A DNA stretch of 55,418 nucleotides from Nitrospinota bacterium (GCA_046758845.1 JBHIBA010000003.1:1-55418), one strand, 5' to 3'. Numbered from the stretch's first letter, positions 17,594 through 28,056 are shown. Translations and numbers: made by a program. The notes: generated by a model from the letters alone, not told the origin.

Positions 17594-19042
17594 ATGGGGC
17601 GCATCACAATCGGCAGGGCTTCTTTGACCCGCAAGTTCGCTCTTCTGAGCCTGGTCACGATTGGATTCATCACCGCGGTACAGGTGAGCGTCCAGTGGCT
17701 TCTGTTCCGTGAGGACCTCCTGGACAGGGAGCGCACGAGCACGGCCAGTATCATCCGCGCGGGGGCCTATGCGATGCTGCAGCCGGAGGACTTCTCGCGT
17801 TGGCGGAGCAAAGAGGCTCAGGAGCGATTCGAGCGCTTCTTCCGCCGTGCCTTGCTAAACCCTGAAATTCTCCGGGTGAAAGTGTTCGATACCCAGACGC
17901 GGGTCGTCTGGTCGGACGAACCCCCGCTCCTTGGCGCTCGCTTCTCCAAGAATGCCAGCCTGACACAGGCCCTTCAGGGCCAGACGGTCGCACGCCTGCA
18001 TACGGTGAAGAGATCTGAGAAACTCTACGAACAGAACTTTCGCAAGACCATAGAACTGTATATTCCGCTCGCGTTTTCCAGCGGCCAGACCCCTGGTATG
18101 GCCACCGTCGCAGGCGTGGTTGAGGTCTACAAGAGTCCGGCCCGGGTTCTGGCCGCCATCTCGCGTGGCCGGGTGATGATCATTTCCACCTCGTTGGCCG
18201 GCGCCGTCCTCCTCTATGCAACCCTTTTCGGCGTCGTCCACCGCGCCTCACGCCAGCTCCAGGCCCAGCGGGATGATCTTGAACGTCAGACGACGGCTCT
18301 CATCGCCGCCAACCGAGATTTGCAGACCACCCAACAACGACTCAGGACGGCAGAGCGGCTGGCTACCCTTGGAGAAGTCAGTGCCATGGTGGCCCATGGA
18401 ATCCGCAATCCGCTCGCCAATATCCGCGCCTCGGCCCAGGTGGCTCTCGGTTCGCCGAACCAGGCCAGCTCCATCGAGAGGTCTCTCCTCACGATCACGG
18501 GGGAGGTGGACCGGCTGGACCATTGGCTTCGGGCTTTGCTCGACGTCGTTCGCCCTCTGGAGCCCCGGCTGGCCCTGGTGGAGCTAAACGCTGTGATTGA
18601 AGACCTTCTTTCCCTCCTGGCTGAACGCTGCGCCGAGCGCCGGGTCCGCTTGGAGCGATATCTACTCCCCGACCCTCCGGCGATCATGGCCGACGAAGTC
18701 CAGTTGCAGCAGGCGCTCCTCGGGGTCTTGGAAAACGCGCTCGATGCGATGCCTCAGGACGGCACACTGACGGTCCGGACCGAACGCGCGGAGGCTGAAG
18801 GGCGCGCTGCCGTCCGGGTGGCGATCCGGGATACGGGGGAAGGGATCCCGACCGGACGACTCAAGCAGATCTTCGAACCCTTCTATTCTACCAAGAGCAA
18901 GGGAACGGGCCTCGGCCTCGCCATCACCCGGAAGGTGGTTGAGGCCCATGAGGGGCACATCGAGATCGAGAGCGAACCCGATGTGGGGACCACGGTCAAG
19001 ATCACGCTCCCGGTGGGGGATCCGTTGCAGGAGGCGGCATGA
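17594..19042 (+). CDS. membrane sensor histidine kinase
   Basis: Two TM helices around a periplasmic domain; H-box AHGIRNPL, ENALDA, DTGEGI, FEPFYSTK, GTGLGL. Confidence 0.93.
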   Translation: MGRITIGRASLTRKFALLSLVTIGFITAVQVSVQWLLFREDLLDRERTSTASIIRAGAYAMLQPEDFSRWRSKEAQERFERFFRRALLNPEILRVKVFDTQTRVVWSDEPPLLGARFSKNASLTQALQGQTVARLHTVKRSEKLYEQNFRKTIELYIPLAFSSGQTPGMATVAGVVEVYKSPARVLAAISRGRVMIISTSLAGAVLLYATLFGVVHRASRQLQAQRDDLERQTTALIAANRDLQTTQQRLRTAERLATLGEVSAMVAHGIRNPLANIRASAQVALGSPNQASSIERSLLTITGEVDRLDHWLRALLDVVRPLEPRLALVELNAVIEDLLSLLAERCAERRVRLERYLLPDPPAIMADEVQLQQALLGVLENALDAMPQDGTLTVRTERAEAEGRAAVRVAIRDTGEGIPTGRLKQIFEPFYSTKSKGTGLGLAITRKVVEAHEGHIEIESEPDVGTTVKITLPVGDPLQEAA

Positions 19043-20439
19043 TCCCGTCGGTTTTGATCGTCGAAGACGAGAAGATCCTGGCCGAGGCCATGGGAGAGTA
19101 CCTGGCCAGGCACAGCTACGAACCGGCGGTCGTCAGGACGGGGGAGGAGGGATTCCAGCGGATGCAGGAGTTGGAGATGGACCTGGTTGTCCTGGACTAC
19201 AAGCTCCCCGGCATGGATGGACTGGAGACCCTCCGTCAGATCAAGCAGATTGCTCCCGGCGCGGAGGTTATCGTGGTCACCGCCCACGGGACCGTGAAAA
19301 CCGCTGTGGAGGCCATGCGGACCGGCGCCTTCGACTATCTCACGAAGCCCGTGGACTTAGAGGAATTGGCCGTCGTCCTGGACAAGGCGTGGAAACATGC
19401 CCGCCTGCGGCGCGAGCTCCGCTACTGGCAGGACGCTGGCCGCCGCAGTGACCCTCGGGCCCGCATTGTCGGAGACTCTGAAGCAACCCGCCAGCTCCGG
19501 ACGCAGGTCGAGCGTCTGGCAGCGCTGGAGCCCGCGCCGGCCCTTCTGATCACAGGAGAGACTGGAACGGGCAAGGGGCTCATCGCCCGCACGATCCACG
19601 ACCTGAGTCCGCGCGCCGCCCGCCCGTTCGTTGAGATGAACTGCGCCGCCATCCCGGCTCAGCTCCTGGAGTCGGAGATCTTCGGGTATGAGCGAGGCGC
19701 CTTCACCGATGCCCGCACACCCAAGGCCGGCCTCTTCGAATCGGCCGACGGGGCTACGCTCTTTCTCGACGAGATTGCTGCGATGCCCATCGAGCTTCAG
19801 GTCAAGCTCTTGAAAGTCATTGAGGAGAAGTCGGTGCGCCGGCTGGGCGGGCTTCGCCCAAAGGTCGTGGATGTCCGGATCATTGCTGCTACAAACACCG
19901 ACTTGGAAGAGGCCGTGGGGAGTGGGAAGTTCCGGGCCGACCTTTTTTACCGACTCAAGGTCCTAACCATCGCTCTATCACCGCTTCGCGAGCACCCGGA
20001 GGACATCTTGCCTTTGGCGCGCCACTACCTGGCAGAGGCCGAGCGTCAGTACCAGCGGCCGAAATGCCTGCACCCGGACGCCGAGGCCCGGCTCCTCAGT
20101 TACCCGTGGCCTGGCAACATTCGGGAGCTGATTAACCTCTTCGAACGGGTTGTCCTCCTCCTGGAGGGTGAAGAGATCAGGAGCGAGGACCTTGGGCTCG
20201 GAGGGGTGGCCCGCCGCAGTGGGTCGGTCGAAATAGACAGCGGCGGCGTGCGGGTTGACCTTTCCCGGGGCAACGTGAGTTTGGCCCAGCTCGAACGGAC
20301 ATTGATCGCCGAGGCCCTCAAGATAGCCGGCGGCAATCGGCGCCGCGCCGCAGAGCTTCTCGATATCTCCCCGGAGACGCTACGCTACCGGGTTGAGAAG
20401 TACGGCCTTATGCCCGGCGGAGGCAAGGACCCCCGCTAG
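19039..20439 (+). CDS. NtrC-family sigma54-dependent response regulator
   Basis: Receiver domain (VEDE, LDYKLP), GETGTGK, GAFTDA loop, FLDEI, WPGNIREL, C-terminal Fis-type HTH. Confidence 0.95.
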   Translation: MIPSVLIVEDEKILAEAMGEYLARHSYEPAVVRTGEEGFQRMQELEMDLVVLDYKLPGMDGLETLRQIKQIAPGAEVIVVTAHGTVKTAVEAMRTGAFDYLTKPVDLEELAVVLDKAWKHARLRRELRYWQDAGRRSDPRARIVGDSEATRQLRTQVERLAALEPAPALLITGETGTGKGLIARTIHDLSPRAARPFVEMNCAAIPAQLLESEIFGYERGAFTDARTPKAGLFESADGATLFLDEIAAMPIELQVKLLKVIEEKSVRRLGGLRPKVVDVRIIAATNTDLEEAVGSGKFRADLFYRLKVLTIALSPLREHPEDILPLARHYLAEAERQYQRPKCLHPDAEARLLSYPWPGNIRELINLFERVVLLLEGEEIRSEDLGLGGVARRSGSVEIDSGGVRVDLSRGNVSLAQLERTLIAEALKIAGGNRRRAAELLDISPETLRYRVEKYGLMPGGGKDPR

Positions 20440-20655
20440 GTATTGTTCATGACCTTGTATCATGAATTTCAGTCCATGTGATGACGTGCCCCCCAAAGCG
20501 ACTCCTCAGAAGACTCGGACCCGACTCGAATACTGGGCAGCCCAGACTTTTGCCCCTTGCTTAAAGAGAGTCTTCTGACGGGCCCGTTGCAAAAACTAGG
20601 GGGGTGCCCTACCCCGCAAAAGGGATTGCCCGCCCTGCAAAGCGCTCGCGCTTCT

Positions 20656-20841
20656 TCATAGGCCATCCATAGACCGGTCCAGGGGGTTCATACGGTAAAA
20701 CGTTGCGTCGCACTCGACGGTGTTGAAGTGCTGGGCGTAGAAAGCGGCGTAATCAGACTGCCGGGCGCTGCGTGGGTAGAAGGTCTTCTCCCACCCCTCC
20801 GGCGTAGAGCTTGAGGTCCCGGGGAACAAGCGTCCGCTCAC
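20656..20841 (-). pseudogene. DUF72 family N-terminal fragment
   Basis: GTSS...W...FYP...YAQHFNTVECDATFYR, then an abrupt end. Confidence 0.75.
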
Positions 20842-20875
20842 CCCTCACTCCGGATCTCGCGGGCGAAGGAAGTCG

Positions 20876-21149
20876 TCAGTCCACAACTGCCGTCGCTTCG
20901 ATCTCAACGTAGGTAGCGCGGGTCCGCGAGGCGGGTGACGCCGACCAGCGTCGAGGTGGGGCTCGCCCCGCCAAAGAGCTTAACCATCTCTGCGCCGGTT
21001 TCCTTGAGGAAGCGGTACACGTCACTCGGAGAGATGCGCTCTAAAGCCCACAGTTTCCCCTGCGATATGGCCGGTGCTGAGATGGCCGAAGTGGCAGCGC
21101 TCGCCGTCCCGCCAGCGGCCACGGCCTTCAAGAAGGATCTCCTTCCGCC
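20876..21149 (-). pseudogene. chimeric remnant: Tat leader of a solute-binding protein joined to a RidA-family C-terminus
   Basis: RRSFLKAVAAGG...SAPAISQG, then PTSTLVGVTRLADPRY and, after a frameshift, VEIEATAVVD*. Confidence 0.6.
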
Positions 21150-21840
21150 CCGGCTGTCAAGGACGTTTTAGAACCCCCGGACCCGATGCCGGGCCGCCAT
21201 GACCTGCCCTAATCAGCCTGCTGGAACGGACCAGCAACAGTCCGTCAAGTTGGGGGAAATGCCCAGCACTTGGGTAAATCTCCGGACGTGAATCGAGCAG
21301 TGTCAGACCGCGTTTGTGGCGTGGTTGCCCCGGCGCGGCAAAAAACTTCTCTCGATGCAAAACAGAGTCTTTCCGAGTATTTGCGGGGTCTAGCGTCAGG
21401 CTTGTTCCCATCGTCTCGACCAGAGGCCGACAAAGGCAACAGTTCGGAACAGGGGTTGGCACAAGGATTGCCTTCCAGAATATGGCAAACACTGGCTGCT
21501 CCCGGCAAGCACCCTCCTTGCCACGGGGTACACGTGAAAGGGGGGGGAACGTAGGATCGAAGAGCGTAGGGACAAGGAGGGAACTGTACCAGCTTTCGAT
21601 CACTTTTGTGATCCCGTAAGAGTTCACTTAGTTAGGACCACACATGGAATTTTCAGCAACATAGGTCACGCCGCCGTCGACAACAGGGACACTGTCTAGC
21701 TGTAACGCCTGGCAGCGCGGTGAAACGTACCCTAATGCTACCTACCCGCCGTCGCTCCGCTTATAGCCGCCGGACTGCGCCGCCGGAGCACACCGGTAAA
21801 CGTCCTCGCCTTCGAGGACCTGGGCAATGCTGGCCCTTAC

Positions 21841-22212
21841 TTGCGCGGCCTCACCGCCGGTCATCTGGCGGCTGATTCTCCCCTCGCGGAACATGGCTTC
21901 TCCGGCGCCCTGGTCAACCGGGTAGTGACCCACCGCTTGGGAGATGTGGGCGAGGAGGAGCTGCTGACTTTCGTCGGCGATCCGCCTGCCAGCTTTATAG
22001 TAGATGGTGCGAGTCTTCACCAGCCTCTGCCAGCAATAAAGGGGATGATCGTCGCGGGTGATTACGCCGCCTGGATCCGCCGCAAACTGTACACCTTCAG
22101 CGCTGGCCACGCGACCTGTGCTTACCTGGGTTATCTGAAAGTGTACCATTACAGCCACACCGCCATCCGCGACCCGGAAATCCAGACTGCCCTGTTGACC
22201 GCTATGACCGAA
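21841..22212 (+). pseudogene. mannitol-1-phosphate 5-dehydrogenase (MtlD-like) internal fragment
   Basis: ALVNRVV and WIRRKLYTFSAGHATCAYLGYLK...AIRDPEI; the Rossmann N-terminus is missing. Confidence 0.7.
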
Positions 22213-22626
22213 TTGCCGAGCATGGCGGCAAAAAGAACCATCGCTTCCGCCTTTGCCTGGTACCAGACGGCCAAGAGTGTGGCTGGTTCGCTGGGTAAGG
22301 CTGCTGCTGGCATTCTGCTGACGTTGACGGCTACAAACTTCTCAGTGATCTTTATCGTCGCTTTTCTTCTATCGGTGCCGCCCGCGTTTCTCGTCGCTGG
22401 ATGCGAGCGGACGGGAAGAAGTGAAGACAAAGAGGCGATCGACACGGGTCCAGTAGCCGCTGCCATGCCTCGTGGCCGAGAGGCTCAGGAACCCAGCGTC
22501 GAGGCGGGAGCACGGCCTAGGATACTCCCGTTCATTGGATTGGGTTTTCTGATCAGCAGTAGGGCGAAAATGGTGCATGGCCTGTTCCCTCTCTTGGCAA
22601 CGGAATATGCCAACTTGAGCGAGGCG
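22213..22626 (+). pseudogene. MFS transporter internal fragment
   Basis: Hydrophobic segments AFAWYQTAKSVAGSLGKAAAGILL and LFPLLATEYANLSEA fused in frame to the MtlD fragment. Confidence 0.5.
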
Positions 22627-22679
22627 CCAAAAGCCCGAGCCTGCTCGCCGGGCTTCTCTACGACGATCAGGGTGATCGC

Positions 22680-23483
22680 ATGTCACCAAGCCATGCAGTG
22701 AAAAGCGGCAGGCGCTACCGCTATTACGTCTCGCAGTCTCTGATCACCAAGAACAAGGCGGCCGCCCCCGGCGGCCTGCGCATCCCGGCCAGCGACATCG
22801 AACGAATCGTCGCCCGCAGGTTGCGGGCGCTTCTCTCGAATCGTGCTGAGGTGTTTGATGCCATCCAGCCGCATGTCCAGGCAGGGGCAGAGCAGAAGAG
22901 GCTTTTGGACCTGGCGGCATCGCTCTCAAAGAGCTGGCCCGATCTCCCACCGACAGAAGCACGTGGCCTGCTCCTGGCCCTCATTACCCGTATCGAGGTG
23001 AATCCAAATAATGTCGATGTTCATATCCTTCCCGCCCGCCTCATAGATGTCCTGCAAGGTAATTATGTGGATCTGCCCCCGGCATGCGAGAGTTCCCAGA
23101 AGGATGGACACCTCATTCTGTCCGTCCCGTCCCTCCTCAAGCGCAGGGGCATGGAGATGAAGATGATCATCGATGGGGCGCATCCGCTTGGAAGATCGAG
23201 AAGCCCCGATCCCAGTATGGTCAGGCTCATCGTCAAGGCGCATGCCATGAAGGAGAAACTCGTGAATGGGGGCGGCGCGAGCCTAAGGGAAGTGGCCAAA
23301 CGCGAGAGACTGGAGGGTTCCTATGTTACGCGCCTGCTCAGGTTGACGTTCCTCGCCCCTGACATCACGAAAGCTATTCTCGAAGGCCGCCAACCCCCCG
23401 ACCTGACGACGGCCCGGCTGATGCGCGATACCCGGTTTTCTATGGCTTGGAGGGAGCAGCCAGAGACGCTGGGGTTTGCATGA
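22680..23483 (+). pseudogene. C-terminal part of a large serine recombinase (catalytic domain missing)
   Basis: SPSHAVKSGRRYRYYVS...RIPASDIE and SYVTRLLRLTFLAPDITKAILEGRQP...W.EQ are typical of island recombinase C-termini. Confidence 0.72.
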
Positions 23484-23786
23484 TCCAGGCGCGACCAAAT
23501 CGCGAAACTGGGATGACCCCTTGTTGCCCTGGGGGATCATTGCGTTCTAGCCGGCCTATGAAGAGATCTGCCCGGTACCGATTGAACAGCGCCCTGATCA
23601 GGCTCCAAGTCGTACTGCAAAAAAGGCCACCTGAGATATGCGGGTACTGGGACCGCAGACACTCGGACCGCCAGGTCTCACCGGACCAGTCGGTCATCCG
23701 ACACCATCGCAAAGCCCCGGAAATCACGGGCATTTTCGGCCAGGGGACAAAAAGACGTAACAGCAATAAAAACAATGGGATATATA

Positions 23787-23834
23787 TGGTGGAGGATAGG
23801 GGACTCGAACCCCTGGCCTCGCGGGTGCGATCCA
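23787..23834 (-). repeat. att site: 48-bp copy of the 3' end of tRNA-Ala(CGC)
   Basis: 47/48 identical to 54132..54179 in the same orientation. Confidence 0.95.
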
Positions 23835-23957
23835 TTTTAGGACGTTTTTACCGGATTGAGAATATTTAAGGAAATCCGAGAATTTCCCTCCCCATTCAGT
23901 CCTTTCTCTATGTCACCCTGTGTAGCTTGCGTCATGGTGTGTAGGCTCCATTACGGT

Positions 23958-23979
23958 AAAGTGGTGACAAAGTGGTGAC
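23958..23979. repeat. tandem 11-bp direct repeat AAAGTGGTGAC, candidate integrase arm-type site
   Basis: Two exact copies; an inverted TGTCACC at 23911 and TGGTGACA at 54075 near the other end. Confidence 0.6.
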
Positions 23980-23992
23980 AATGACAGTAAGC

Positions 23993-24073
23993 CTATACCA
24001 CCCCTAGGTTTGGTTCAACTGCCCTTAGAGCATCCAGAACCTCCACAGCCTTAGTCTTGCCGTCTGCTACCAA
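23993..24073 (-). pseudogene. possible C-terminal remnant of a tyrosine integrase
   Basis: Reads LVADGKTKAVEVLDALRAVEPNLGVV* and points toward the att copy. The identity is inferred only from position and the AVEVLD-type tail. Confidence 0.35.
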
Positions 24074-24311
24074 GCGTTGACGGACAGCCTCGTAGCCGAG
24101 GGTCAAAGGGGGCGACCTCCTGGCCCTCGTTTCCATCCGGGGGGCATCGTGGACACGTTTCGAACTTTTTGCCTAGTGCCTACCCCCGGCCTGAACCCGT
24201 TCACCTACTGTGCGAGGCTGATCTAGATCATTGATTTTTCGGAGCGATTGTAGCCTAAGTTCAAAGTGGTATTTTTTAACACATTGCCCGGAAAGGCCAA
24301 GGAGGAAACCT

Positions 24312-25844
24312 ATGCGCTTCCCGGTTTTTTTCAGAGTCTTCCCGCGACTTCGATTTGTTATCATCAGCGCCGTTATCCTTTGCGGGATGGGCATTTTCCT
24401 GGCCTTTTTCGTCGTCCGCTTCCTTGAAAAAGTCATGCTCTCCGAAATGGAGGCGGTCGTCGTTGACCACTACCGCTATCTGACGACCATGGTGATGCAG
24501 GGGGAAGACCTTGTTAAACTGAGATTCGGCGATGCGTATAAGCGGTTCGACCGGCGGATCAGGGAGCATGTTTTCTCTAAAGATGTAATCGTTATAAAGA
24601 TTTACGATAGGGAGGGACGGCTTCTCTACCACTCGAACAATCCGTATCTGGAGGGAAGAACGTTCGGGCCAAATCCTAATTTGAAGCGAGCCTTAGCCGG
24701 CGAGACGGTGATTACAATGAGCTCACTGCGGAGCCCGGAACACGTTCAAGAGAGGGCTGCGGGGTTCTCGAAGCTTCAGGAGATCTACCTCCCGATCCGA
24801 GCGAAGCAGGGCAGACAGGTGATCGGAAGCTACGAAATCTACCTGAGACCGAGGCCTTATGTCTACCGAATCCGGACCATGAAGGCCACGGTCTGGACGA
24901 TTTTCGCCTTGGGGCTGTTGCTTTTGAATGGCAACCTCTTCTGGATCATTCGCGACTGCGCTAACACCATGCGCCGGCAGCGAACGGCCTTGGAAGAGCG
25001 AGCGCAAAAACTTCTGAAATCAAACGAAGACCTTCGGAAGGCCCAAGCTCAGCTCATCCGCTCAGAGCGGCTCGCCTCAGCGGGTCAGATGGCTGCCGGC
25101 ATTGCACACGAGATCGGCAACCCTTTGACCTCCGTGCTGGGGCTTGTGGACCTCCTGCTAACACGTTCCGACAATGAACGCCGGCAGGAGGAGGTGCTAG
25201 AGCGGATCGCCTCGGAGATTGCCAGGGTCAAGCAAATCATCGGAAACTTGCTCGATTTTTCACGGCCGGCGGCCATATCCGTTGGATCCGTGGACGTGAA
25301 TCGAGCTATTGAGGACACGCTTCCCCTTGTCCGCGCCCAGCGGAGGTTCCGTAACGTGACCGTCCGTATGGACCTCGAGCCCACTCTCCCATTGGTTCAG
25401 GCCGACACAAAACAGCTCCAGCAGGTACTCGTCAATCTATTGAACAACGCAGCCGAAGCGGCGGGAGAAGAGGGAGAGGTTATTATCCGGAGCGAAGCTA
25501 TGCCGCGAGGGGAGGCTCCTTTGTCTGCAGCCGCTCAGGACTCCTTCGTCCGATTCTCCGTTACAGACACTGGGGGCGGGGTGGAAGCAGAGGACCCGGA
25601 ACGGATCTTCGATCCTTTCTTCACCACAAAGGGAACCGGAGAGGGTGTGGGGCTGGGCCTAGCGGTAAGCAGAGGTCTCATCGAGAAGTTCGGAGGGTCG
25701 CTGGAATTGGAAAACCACCCCGGCAAGGGCGCCACCTTTCACGTGTGGCTGCCGGTGAAGGAAGGGGACTTGCCAGGCGACGTCCGTCCCACTTGGCTGG
25801 ACAGCGTGAAGGGCAAGCAAGCGGCATCCCTGCAGGGACCCTAG
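24312..25844 (+). CDS. membrane sensor histidine kinase
   Basis: GGAGG RBS before ATG 24312; two TM helices, AHEIGNPL, NLLNNA, DTGGG, FDPFFTTK, GVGLGL. Confidence 0.93.
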   Translation: MRFPVFFRVFPRLRFVIISAVILCGMGIFLAFFVVRFLEKVMLSEMEAVVVDHYRYLTTMVMQGEDLVKLRFGDAYKRFDRRIREHVFSKDVIVIKIYDREGRLLYHSNNPYLEGRTFGPNPNLKRALAGETVITMSSLRSPEHVQERAAGFSKLQEIYLPIRAKQGRQVIGSYEIYLRPRPYVYRIRTMKATVWTIFALGLLLLNGNLFWIIRDCANTMRRQRTALEERAQKLLKSNEDLRKAQAQLIRSERLASAGQMAAGIAHEIGNPLTSVLGLVDLLLTRSDNERRQEEVLERIASEIARVKQIIGNLLDFSRPAAISVGSVDVNRAIEDTLPLVRAQRRFRNVTVRMDLEPTLPLVQADTKQLQQVLVNLLNNAAEAAGEEGEVIIRSEAMPRGEAPLSAAAQDSFVRFSVTDTGGGVEAEDPERIFDPFFTTKGTGEGVGLGLAVSRGLIEKFGGSLELENHPGKGATFHVWLPVKEGDLPGDVRPTWLDSVKGKQAASLQGP

Positions 25845-25860
25845 AAGAGGTCCTCGCGGG

Positions 25861-27351
25861 GTGTGGGAGCGTATTGGTACGGACTTTGCACCACTGGGAG
25901 GTGCGAATCTTTTGGCAACGGTGAAGGTCAGGGGTACAGGAAGTGCCAAGCGGGCCGCAGAAGTGACGCGCACGTTGAATTGCTCCAAGACTCTCGTCAT
26001 CGATGACGAAGAAAACACGCGGTACTTCCTGAGTCACCAGCTGAACGCCGAGGGCTACTCGGTCAAATGCGCTGCGAATGGGCAAGAGGGCCTTGACCGT
26101 TTGGCCGAGGAGAACTTTGACATTATTCTTTGCGATGTCCGGATGCCGTCCCTCAGCGGGTTCGACGTGCTCAAAGAGGCAAAGTTCCGAAACCCCGATT
26201 CCACGGTCATCCTTATGACGGCGTTCGGCAGCATTCGATCGGCCGTCGACGCCATTCAGAGCGGAGCATTCGATTATATTACCAAGCCTTTCAGGATTGA
26301 CGAACTCCTGAGAACCCTCCGGCGGGCGGAGGAGCACGCTGCACTTAGGCGAGAAATCCGTCTTCTGCGCGACACGCTCGGTGAAAAGTACAGCTTCCAC
26401 AACATCATCGGCAAAACCAAGGCCATGAAAGAAATCTTCACCTTGGTGAAGAAGGTTGCCGAGACCAACCTTCCTGTCCTCATTCTAGGAGAAACGGGTA
26501 CCGGAAAAGAACTCCTGGCAAAGGCGATGCATTTTCAGAGTCCACGGTGCAATCATCGCTTCGTGGCAATCAACTGCGGTGCCCTCCCTGAGGGACTGCA
26601 GGAGAGCGAGCTGTTCGGACACGTCAAGGGGGCGTTCACTGACGCGAGGACTGACAAGCCGGGGCTCTTTGAGCTGGCCCACCGCGGGACATTGTTTTTG
26701 GATGAAATCGGGGAACTCGCTCCAAATCTCCAAGTCAAGCTCCTCCGCGTGCTTGAAGACGGTGAGGTCCGCCGGGTAGGGGGAACCGAGGTTACTAATG
26801 TCGATGTCCGCGTGCTCGCCGCGAGCAACCTCGATCTGGAAGAAGAAATGGAGGGAGGGCACTTTCGCCAGGATCTCTTTTTCCGGCTGAACGTTGTCCC
26901 CATCCGGATCCCACCCCTTCGGGAGCGACGTGAAGACATCCCCTTGCTGGCCAATCACTTTCTTCGAGAGTTTTCAGCAGAAACCGGTCGGCCATCCAAG
27001 GTGTTGACGCCCAAAGCTCTCAAGGCGCTCCTTTCCTACGACTGGCCCGGCAACGTTCGTGAACTCAAGAACGTCCTCGAACGAGCTTCCCTCTCTGCCG
27101 ACTCAGATACCATTGAAAAGGATCACTTGGCAGCAATCCTGGGAAGCCACACCAGGGAGATCAAGGTGACCATCCCTGGCTCCTCTCTCCCGATGTCGCA
27201 GGTGGTCCGAGGTCTCGTTCGCGATGTTGAGAGGGAGCTAATACTGCGGGCCTTGACCGAGGAGGGAGGCAACCGAACCCGGGCCGCCGGCCGGCTCGGT
27301 ATCAGTCACCGCTCCCTTCTGTACAAGGTCAAAGAGTATGGCCTGGTTTGA
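25861..27351 (+). CDS. NtrC-family sigma54-dependent response regulator (true start probably ~100 bp downstream)
   Basis: [43 protein letters not shown]. Confidence 0.94.
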   Translation: MWERIGTDFAPLGGANLLATVKVRGTGSAKRAAEVTRTLNCSKTLVIDDEENTRYFLSHQLNAEGYSVKCAANGQEGLDRLAEENFDIILCDVRMPSLSGFDVLKEAKFRNPDSTVILMTAFGSIRSAVDAIQSGAFDYITKPFRIDELLRTLRRAEEHAALRREIRLLRDTLGEKYSFHNIIGKTKAMKEIFTLVKKVAETNLPVLILGETGTGKELLAKAMHFQSPRCNHRFVAINCGALPEGLQESELFGHVKGAFTDARTDKPGLFELAHRGTLFLDEIGELAPNLQVKLLRVLEDGEVRRVGGTEVTNVDVRVLAASNLDLEEEMEGGHFRQDLFFRLNVVPIRIPPLRERREDIPLLANHFLREFSAETGRPSKVLTPKALKALLSYDWPGNVRELKNVLERASLSADSDTIEKDHLAAILGSHTREIKVTIPGSSLPMSQVVRGLVRDVERELILRALTEEGGNRTRAAGRLGISHRSLLYKVKEYGLV

Positions 27352-27460
27352 GGAATATGGCTTGGTCTTTGATGGGGAATTCCTTCTGGTTCCTCTGATC
27401 CTCACACGGTTGATGCTCTCCTGATTTAACTCTTTGAATCCTGGCGCAATCTGCCGCCTC

Positions 27461-28056
27461 CGAATTCTTGTGCTTTTCCGCATTTGGCACCGGATTTGCC
27501 CTTTTCCTCAGTGAAGGGGTAAACCCATCGGGTCGTAGAGCGCTCAGGTTTGTCTCCTCTCTTCCGGGGAGTGCCCGTAGGAGCCGAATCCTTGAGAAGA
27601 AAAGCCAATAATATCAACGAGGTTCGTGAATCCCCCCCGGCGCGCGTATTTGGGACGCAATCCATTGCAACGGGCGAGTTGGCGGTGCCCCCAGACGCCG
27701 GTATGCAGGCCTTTGCGTACCTCGCTTCCCGACACAAAAAGAGCGGAATCTCCTCAGACAACCCGTTGTGCCCAGGAGCCGATGCAAATTCGTCATGCAA
27801 GTCCTTTCATAGCATGGCGCTGGCCATGAATTGCGGTCGGGGCTGGGCTTCACTCAGGAGTCCGGGTGGCCGGACCGCACTTTGCCGTTGTGTTTCCGGC
27901 GGCCAATGGTCCGCTGGCTGGAAGTCTAGAGGGAAGATCGGGCTGGTGCTCTTCGCCTTTTTCTGTGGGGCGTTGTCGGCGTTCGGCCTGCCCGCTGCCC
28001 ATGGGCGGCAGCCCTCACCGGGTGCAGCCCTCTACGCAAAAGAGTGCGCCATTTGC
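27461..28056 (+). repeat. diverged duplication of promoter, leader and cytochrome 5' end (copy 1; copy 2 at 42396..42898)
   Basis: Shared collinear blocks catttggcaccggatttgc, cgtagag, aaaagccaataa, caacgggcgag, ggtatgcRggcctttgcRtac, catgcaag..tttcatagc, ctctacgcaaa. Confidence 0.88.
27485..27499 (+). promoter_or_regulatory. sigma54 (-24/-12) promoter
   Basis: TGGCAC-CGGAT-TTGC just downstream of the NtrC-type gene. Confidence 0.85.

Noticed and set aside
20446-20466. Palindrome TTCATGA-N7-TCATGAA after the regulator gene
   Set aside because: AT-rich short stem with no U-tract and no second copy; function unsupported.
21157-21840. Several short ORFs on both strands
   Set aside because: No recognisable motifs or RBS; treated as unassigned debris.
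23787-23834. Second tRNA gene
   Set aside because: Only the 3' 48 nt are present, with no D-arm or 5' acceptor strand; it is an att repeat.
27550-27813. N-terminal extension of the 739-aa cytochrome ORF
   Set aside because: It lies in the duplicated leader, has no RBS, and would put the signal peptide more than 120 residues from the start.
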